A stretch of 63,095 nucleotides of DNA, filler included, from Chrysochromulina tobinii (lineage: Eukaryota): assembly GCA_001275005.1 (NCBI GenBank). It is 7 parts of 7 records of this genome, joined end to end, with 100 filler letters (N's around TTAATTAATTAA, not from the genome) between each part and the next. Parts side by side here need not be neighbours in the genome. Positions count along the whole stretch, not along the records: positions 51,025 to 60,985 come from JWZX01000837.1; positions 61,086 to 63,095 come from JWZX01000857.1; 5 more parts are not named here. One strand, written 5' to 3'. Of the stretch, positions 55,877-63,095 are shown in pieces. The first letter of the stretch is position 1. Each line of letters starts with the position of its first letter. The notes below the pieces were generated by a model. The model had not been told where the DNA came from, did not search any database, and saw only the letters and a list, made by a program, of their open reading frames with translations. Both the position numbers and the translations under genes were made by a program.

Positions 55877-58800
55877 ATGGCGACGCCCGGCGGGATTCCG
55901 CGGTTTCCAAACATCTTCAGTCCGGCCACGGGCGCCCAGGCGACGGCGGCGCCACCCACACGCCAGACCAGCAACTTCTTTGGCTCGACTGCTCAGCCTG
56001 GCTTTGGGCTGCCGATGGAGCTGGTGCGCGCGCCGGCGTCGAACGTGGACGACCCGGCGCCATCGCCGCAACTGATGCACAGGTTTGCGGAGGCCCTCGC
56101 ACACTGGACACGCAACTGCGCTGGACAAGTTACCGTCGCCTCGCACCTCGAGCTGCTCTCGACGTACGAGGAAATCATCCATCGTGAGATCGGGCGGAGC
56201 AGCAGCGAGCTCGAGCGCTCGCTCCTGCGCGGCGAGCGTAGCTCGTGGCGCCTGCTGCGCAAGATCTACAAGAACTACGAGCAGAAGGACGTGGGGTCGT
56301 GGGAGCAGTATCCGCCGCAGGATCCTCCGCTCCCGTGCGCCGATTGGGGCGCGGAGCTGCGGGAGCTCGGGCGGGAGGCAGGGGAGCTGCGGGAGCTTCC
56401 GCCTCTCGATCAGAGCCACGCGAGCGATCGAGCTCGCCAAAGTCACGATGGCGAGCTCTCGCTTGTCCCTGCGAGTGCTGGGCTTCGCGTGCGCGCACTG
56501 CACGACGAGCGGCTTCTCGAGGAACAGCTGAGAAGGGCCGAGCCGCAGCTCGAGCTGGCCGAGCAATTGAAGCAGTGGCTCGAAGAGGAGGCTATCGAGC
56601 GCGTGGAAGTGGTCGAGACGTCGACCACCACAATCCGGCACACGAAGCAGCACCATCGCGAGGAGCTGCGCGCCGCGGACCAGCCCGTGTCTCACCTGCC
56701 CTCCTCCTTGGACCCGGACGCCCCCTTTAAGGAGAAGAAGCAGCTCGACCCGGAGGATGAGGCAGCCCAGGCTGAGCTCCTACGGTTGCTCTGGCAGCGC
56801 GTGCGCGCGGGCAAGCTCGACGACGCACAGGCCCTCTGCCGCCGGAGCGGGCAGCATTGGCGCGCCGCGACGCTCGCGGGAGGGGAACCGTACCACTACA
56901 ACCCGTCGGAGCGGGGCTGGCGTGGGAATCCGGATCGGCAGCTGTGGAAGAGCGCGTGCGAAAAGATTGCGGAACGCGCGGCGCAACACCGCGAACGCGG
57001 CGGCGCCAAGCACGAAGCCGCCCTGTACGCGGCCCTCGCTGCCAGCTGCGAGAGCCACGAGCTCGTGCTCGCAGGTACGTTGATTGCCGCTGATTGCCGC
57101 TGATTGCCTCTGATGACCTCTGATTGCCTCTGATGGCCTCTGATGGCCACGAGCTCGTGCTCGCAGCTTGCGACGGCTGGGAGGACAAACTGTGGGCCAA
57201 GCTCAACACGGCGATCTCCACGTACCTCAGCCAGCAGATGATGATACTCTCCGCGCGCGCCTCGGGCCGGCTCGAGGTCGCGCCAGCGCCCCCTCCCTTT
57301 CGACGCGCCGCCTATGAGGACGTGTTCTCGCTCGCCGACGCCCCGTACCACAAGCTCCAGCATAAGCTCATCGCGCTACGGTCCCACCTGCTGCCGCTCG
57401 CGTTGGTCCCGGTCGACGATGGGCGAGGGGTCTTTGGACCGAACGAGGGACCGAACGAACGCTCGGCACGGCGCCCGATGGCGGCGGCGGAGCCCGCGGC
57501 CACTCAATACGCCTCCATCACTACCGCTCTCACCGAACTTCTGAGCTGCATGCATCAATTGGCCTCTGCGACCTCTGCGGCCGCGCCGGGCGCCCAAGCG
57601 CACCTCCGCCGCTTCAGTGCGCACGCGTCGATCTTCGTCTACCTTCCGCTGATCGGGCAGCGCTCGCTCCCTGCGCTCGACGAGTGGCGTCAGGTGAGTG
57701 CATCTCTTGAGTGCATGCTGATTGCCTGCCTCATCAGGTGCTCACCAAGTCCCTGAGCGCTCTGATGGCATGCTGAGTGCATCTCTGAGTGCATGCTGAT
57801 TGCCTGCCTCGTCAGGTGCTCACCGAGTACCTGAGCGTGCTCAGCGGCGCCGCGGCGGCGCTCGTAGCACCTCCCGAGGTGCCCAGTACGGCGCTGCGCG
57901 GCCCTCCCGCCCTACCATACGCGCTCGAGGCACTGCGCGGCGCCGCGCTCGAGGATGGAAGCACGACGGTCGCCTCTCTCGTGGAGGCAGTTGCACTCAT
58001 CGCCTCCAACCTGGCGTGTAACAACAGCGTGACGGGGCAGTGTGAGAGATCTTTCGACCGGATCACCGATGCCCTCAGCCAGTGCTTCTGCCAACTGCCG
58101 TTGACGATCTCGACGGCGGAGATGGCCGAGTGCGCGCACCGTGCCGAGGACCGCCTCGCCGCGCCACGCGAGCTGATGCTGATGCCACGTGTCGCCCTCC
58201 AAACGGTCCTCACACTCCTCGCCAAGGACGTGCCGCCAGCGGCAGCGGCCGCGGCTAGCGGCCAGACCGTCGGCGGCGCCGCCGCCGCCGCTGAGTTCGC
58301 CACACGCCTCTCGTCGATCCGATGGCTCACGGCCGCTCCGCATGAGTTCGTCGAGCTCCACCACGCTCTCTCCCTCAGCCTGCTGAGCATCCGACGCGCC
58401 GTCGCGGGCTCCGGCTGTGCTCTCGAGGCGCTCCTGCCGCCGCCGAGCGCCCAACGCGGCGCGGCCGAGGGGGAGTCGTATCTGCTCATCGAGGACGGCA
58501 CGTTCGACATCGTGCACCACGACCGGAGCAATGGGCGCACGCTCCTGGTCCACCAGCCCGCGGCCGACGGCCTTGACGGCGCTCCGACCGCCTTCGCCGC
58601 GTACGTCCTCTTCCAAGGCGCGCGGCGTGGGCTTGAGATTCAAACGTTTCCCCTACGAGTGCGCCTCTCGCTGCATGCCAATGGCGAAGAGCTCGAGTTT
58701 TCGCAAGAGGACGTGGTGGGGCCGCTCCCGATGACAGCCGGCGCGCCGCCGCTCGCCACGCAAGCTCACGAGAGCCTCAGCCAGATCCAAATCTCGGCCG

Positions 58801-59608
58801 AGCCGCCGCCATGGCTTCGGCTGACACAGGACTTGCAGCGGCAGATCATCGAGGTTCGTGGCCGCCTGCATCTGCCACCCGTGGCAGAGCTGCAGCTCGA
58901 CAGGATGCTCACGGAGCTCGAATTCTGGATCCTGCTGCTCAAGGGCACCTCCGAGCTGCGCGGCTGGAAAGCGCACAAGCTGACGAAACCCCACGCCTCC
59001 CAGAGTCAGCACGCCTATGCGGGGTTGCGGGAGTACGTCCAATGGCCTCGAATGGCCACAGATGGCCTCTGATGGCCTCGAGTTGCCTCTGATGGCCGCT
59101 GATGCCACCCTTGATTGCCCCCCTCATCAGGTACGAGACGGAGGCGCGCACAGTCGGGTGGCGTTTGGACCTCGAGCGGCGGTGCGAGCGGTTCGCCGCG
59201 CGCGTGGACCAGGCGCTCCGCATCTCTCCCGACCTCTTCGGTGCGCTGCCGAGCCCCAATGAGGTCGCATTGGGGCTCGGCAGCTGGCTTCCACCCGATG
59301 GGCAGGGCGCCCAGCCGCCAGCGCGCGCGCCGAGCATTGAGGGGGCTGAGGAGCTGCGCTCCCTACGTGGGCTCGAGGGTCTGCGCGCGGCGATTGTGCC
59401 CGGCCTGGTACGCGAGCTCCACACGGTGCTGCTCGAGACGGGCAAGGAGGCCGGTAATGTAGACCTGCTGCACCAGTCCTTCGGTCTCGCCGACCTGCTC
59501 GCTGACGAGCGGTACAAGATGTACGAGTGCTTCGATCGCAAAGGGCTGCTCGATCTGCTCGACAGGCTGCGCGAGTCTGGCATGGAGATGCTCGCGTGTG
59601 CTCCGTGA
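55877..59608 (+). CDS. NUP107: Nucleoporin Nup107/Nup84; exons 55877-57074, 57167-57693, 57816-59032, 59131-59608
   Basis: ERSSWRLL, LKQWLE, SLDPDAP, RAGKLDDAQALC...HWRAATLAG, ACDGWEDKLWA, LADLLADERYKMYECF; all three intron phases are consistent. Confidence 0.9.
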
Positions 59609-60011
59609 GCGAGACGGGAGTGGGGGTGTGGCGCGTGTTGCCGGAGGCGGCGTCGAGGCAGGTACCGAGGCACGGCGAGGTCGCTGTGTGGGACGAGACA
59701 GCATGAATCTGTGCAGAGGGCCGCGTCGACTACAAAAGATGCAGCAATGAGAGGAACAAGCACAAGTGGTGGAGCGTCGGGATGGTGTACACGTGCTGTG
59801 AACACGTGCTGAAGGGCGCTGTGGGAGGGTGCTGACCGCTCCAGAGGGGCTTTGTCATCTTCATTCTAAGGTCCCTAGGTCCCTAGGTGATTTCAATGAA
59901 TCAAACATCATCAACTTTCAACTCTTGTTGGACACCACAGTCATATCTATGGTATCAGCGCCTACATGAAGCTCGGTCGGCACCGTCGGCGTCGTCTCAC
60001 GTGACATTCCA

Positions 60012-60168
60012 TCAGTTCCCAAACAGGTGTGGGGTATAGGGCCTTATAAACATGAAAAATAGTAGACCACTCCCCCTTGGGTCAACCATTCAGTTCCCAA
60101 ACAGGTGTGGGGTTAGGGCCTTATAAACATGAAAAATAGTAGACCACTGACCACTCCCCCTTGGGTCA
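60012..60168 (+). repeat. Non-coding direct repeat, about 78 bp x2
   Basis: TCAGTTCCCAAACAGGTGTGGGGT..AGGGCCTTATAAACATGAAAAATAGTAGACCAC..TCCCCCTTGGGTCAA occurs twice. Confidence 0.9.
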
Positions 60169-60304
60169 AGCACGGGATATGCGGGCATATATTCGTATTA
60201 AACGGGACATGCACGTATGATCTATGAACATCACGCATGGTTGCGCTGAAACGCAGAAACCGCGTGAGGTTCCGCTGGGCTACATATTAAGCGCGCGACA
60301 AGCG

Positions 60305-60985
60305 CTAACACCTATGGGGTCCTTGGCTCTCCAAAGGGGTCGCTGGCGCTGCTGCAAGAGCTCTACTTCGGTCACCTTGAAGCACGAAGCTCGCGGGCCG
60401 CGAGGGGGGTTTCCCGTCAAGGATCTGCTTGCGCTTGCGATCAAACTCCTCTTGGCTAATGAAGCCAGCATCGAGCAGCTGCCTGAGCTGCTGCATGCGC
60501 TCTGAAGCGGAGCCTTTGCTGGCCGCGTGCGCGCCCACGATGGCGCCTGTGCCTTTACGCGCCTGAGTCACCCTGCTGACCACAAGCTGTAGCAGTGCAC
60601 AGGGCTCTTGAGAGGCATGTCTCTCACGCGCTATCTCGCGCTCCACACACACGTCGAGCGCAGCCCCGATAAGGGACGCACTGGGGTCACTGATCATAAA
60701 GTCAGCCGCGAGGCTCCTCCCAACGCGCGCGTAGATGTATTGAGGGCGCCCGTAAAAGGGCACGCCGTGGCGCGCGCACTCTTCCTCTGCGGCGCGCACC
60801 ATGGTGCGATGCATAGTCAGATTGCGCTGATGCTTATTGATCACCTGCCTTATGTGAATGGGGCACTCGCGGATGATCTCCCGCAGCCGCTCGCCCAGGA
60901 TCGAGTACGTCATCAAGTAGGAAAGGGCGATGACGGGGAAGCCGGCGCGCAGGCCGGCAGCCTCGAGGATCTCGTCCGTGCGAAA
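60305..60985 (-). CDS. Partial protein with SHOCT domain; 5' end in gap
   Basis: ERMQQLRQLLDAGFISQEEFDRKRKQIL; frame open up to the gap. Confidence 0.65.
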   Translation of the reverse strand, partial: FRTDEILEAAGLRAGFPVIALSYLMTYSILGERLREIIRECPIHIRQVINKHQRNLTMHRTMVRAAEEECARHGVPFYGRPQYIYARVGRSLAADFMISDPSASLIGAALDVCVEREIARERHASQEPCALLQLVVSRVTQARKGTGAIVGAHAASKGSASERMQQLRQLLDAGFISQEEFDRKRKQILDGKPPSRPASFVLQGDRSRALAAAPATPLESQGPHRC

Positions 60986-61229
60986 NNNNNNNNNNNNNNN
61001 NNNNNNNNNNNNNNNNNNNNNNNNNNNNNTTAATTAATTAANNNNNNNNNNNNNNNNNNNNNNNNNNNNNNNNNNNNNNNNNNNNGAGAGAGGTCGGCGC
61101 TGGCACAGGAGGTGCACTGATCCCTCTTCTCCCTTAGCAAGCCTCAAGTGCGTCCCCTAGCTCCACCATTCCTACACCATTCCTTTCCTGTGCATCACTA
61201 GTGCATCACCACACGCAGGCCGCATCGAC

Positions 61230-61950
61230 TGTGCTCATGCTCGGTCTTGCGAGGCAGTTGACCTTGCGAGCCTCACGTGGATCTCATACGCTGAGCAGCT
61301 ATACACAGACACAGCGTTCATGCTAGATGCATCGGCGCGTTTAGCAGCGGCCGCAGTAGGCCGCAGGAAGCTGCCTCGTTGATCTGCACTTGCATTGCGT
61401 CGTCGCCACATGCAGATGGGTCGTTATAGTCGAAATAACAATGCTCATGTCTTGCGAGGATGTTGACCTTGCGAGCCTCACGTGGATCTCATACGCTGAG
61501 CAGCTATACACAGACGCGGCGTTCATGCTAGATGCATCTACGCGTGTAGCAGCGGCCGCAGGAAGCTGCCTCATCCATGTGCACTTGCATTGCGTCGTCG
61601 ACGGTGCACTTAAGTCCAAGGTGTGGCGACAACCATACTCATGCTTGGTCTTGCGAGGAAGTCGACCTTGCTCGACGACTGTCGCCGCGCGCGATGCATG
61701 TGCACATCAAGGACGCCACGTCCTGCGCTCACTGCCCCACGCCATGATGTGACCGCTGCGTTGAGTGGCCTTGCTGCACAGAAGCATGAGCAAGGTTTTG
61801 GTGCGACCTTCGACGCAACCCGTCTGCATGCTCGACGATGCGACGGTGCACATCGAGGACGCCACTTCGGGCGGCTAAATCGCTACACTACCGCTACACG
61901 CCTAGATGTGTATAGCACGACACACCGCTGCGTTGAGTGGCCTTGTTTTA
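61230..61950 (+). repeat. Degenerate ~200-bp tandem duplications, apparently non-coding
   Basis: TTGACCTTGCGAGCCTCACGTGGATCTCATACGCTGAGCAGCTATACACAGAC occurs twice; partial further copies. Confidence 0.8.
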
Positions 61951-62109
61951 CAGAAGCAAAGTGAAAGTCTCTGCCGCCGTCGCGTGACTATACAGATAGG
62001 AAAGGGCCGAGAAAGGGGCCGAGAAATAGCCGAGAAAGGGGCCGAGAAAGGACGTAAAAGGACGTTCCGACGCAAATGCAGCCGCGGCCACCATCGGCCA
62101 CCAACACCG

Positions 62110-62665
62110 GGCTGCGAGGGAGGCCGCGGTGTTGGTGGCCGAGACAGCCGATGCAGCAACGGTGACCGTGTTGGCGGACATCGGTGGCCTCTGAGTGCAA
62201 TCATGCTGTCACGGTGGCGGGAAAGCGAGGGCGTCTAGAGGGCGGCGAGCTCAGCTGCGGCGGGCTAGAAGGGGGCGAGGCCGAGGGAGGCGACGAGGGC
62301 GTTGAGCTTGGCAGCGGTGGGCTCGGAGGCGGCGAGGGCGGCGGCGAGGGCGGCGTGCTCGGCTACGGCGGCCTCTGAGAGTGCAAGCACACATGCTGAT
62401 TGTGACTGATGCATGCTGATTGCATCCGAGTGCCACTGATAACTTCGTTGCGCGATGGAGGCGGCGATGGAGGCGGCGGCGTGGATGGAGGCGGCGGTGA
62501 TCGTGGCTGCGAGGGAGGCGGTGTTGGTGGCCGAGACAGCCGATGCAGCATCGGTGACTGTGTTGGCGGACATCAGTGGCCTCTGAGTGCAATCAGCTGA
62601 CGGTGGCGGGCAGGCGAGGGCGGCTAGAGGGCGGCGAGCTCAGCTGCGGTGGGCTAGAAGGCGGC
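62110..62665. repeat. Duplicated ~390-bp unit with GGEGG/SPPP-like low complexity and CTCTGAGTGCAATCA motifs
   Basis: GGCTGCGAGGGAGG...GGTGTTGGTGGCCGAGACAGCCGATGCAGCA...GGCCTCTGAGTGCAATCA at about 62110 and 62505. Confidence 0.75.
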
Positions 62666-63095
62666 GAGGGATCGTGGCTGTGAGGTGATCCATGATCGTG
62701 GCTGTGAGGGCGGCGGTGTTGGTGGCGGTTCGATTTATCGCATTTCTCCGCTCGGCTTTTTTGTCGGCCCTGAACGTAATTAAATGGTCCTTAATATAGA
62801 TAAACCTTTTGTGCACGTGTATGTAACGATATCTGCTCACCTCCAGTCACACACGCTTACCATGGAAGCTCTCCTCAGATCGGGTCACCTCGCGCCCTGT
62901 GTCGGCCCGCCGTCCTTGCTCTCATCGTCCTTGCCGCCGCCGCCCTTGCCGCCCTCTCAACGGCATCGTATAATGTACCATTTATATTTTCCCTATGTAT
63001 ACATATTTTCCCTATGCATATATATATGGTACATATGGTATACGATGGTACCATTCCATATGGTACCATATGTATACCATCGGGTGGATGCAACA

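Overview
Eukaryotic, GC-rich, intron-containing nuclear DNA. It comprises seven contigs joined by artificial 100-nt N/TTAATTAATTAA/N linkers, so adjacency across gaps is uncertain. Gene content (AP2 domains, plastid-type presequences, poly-Pro surface proteins, CTGATTGC-rich introns) suggests a haptophyte such as Chrysochromulina; this is an inference. Recognisable genes: WDR7-like, SOUL haem-binding, Sel1-repeat, METTL21-like/F-box, SET-domain, mitochondrial ACP, EGF/tenascin-like, GT47 exostosin, IPT/TIG, AP2, SHIPPO-repeat, CRAL-TRIO, DHHC, SAHH, EF-hand, Rxt3 and Nup107. Most notable: (1) about ten introns in six unrelated loci are built from an 11-40 bp duplication of the flanking exon plus a shared branch-point/splice-site cassette, suggesting an ongoing intron-creation mechanism; (2) a single-pass receptor with a Cys-rich ectodomain and a cytoplasmic TIR domain retaining the catalytic Glu, flanked by TIR-less paralogues; (3) a Cys/His metallothionein-like peptide with a tripartite plastid/thylakoid-lumen presequence; (4) two candidate 2OG-Fe(II) dioxygenases fused to DNA/chromatin readers (AP2 x2; Tudor-like). 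All domain calls are by-eye motif recognition, with no database searches.
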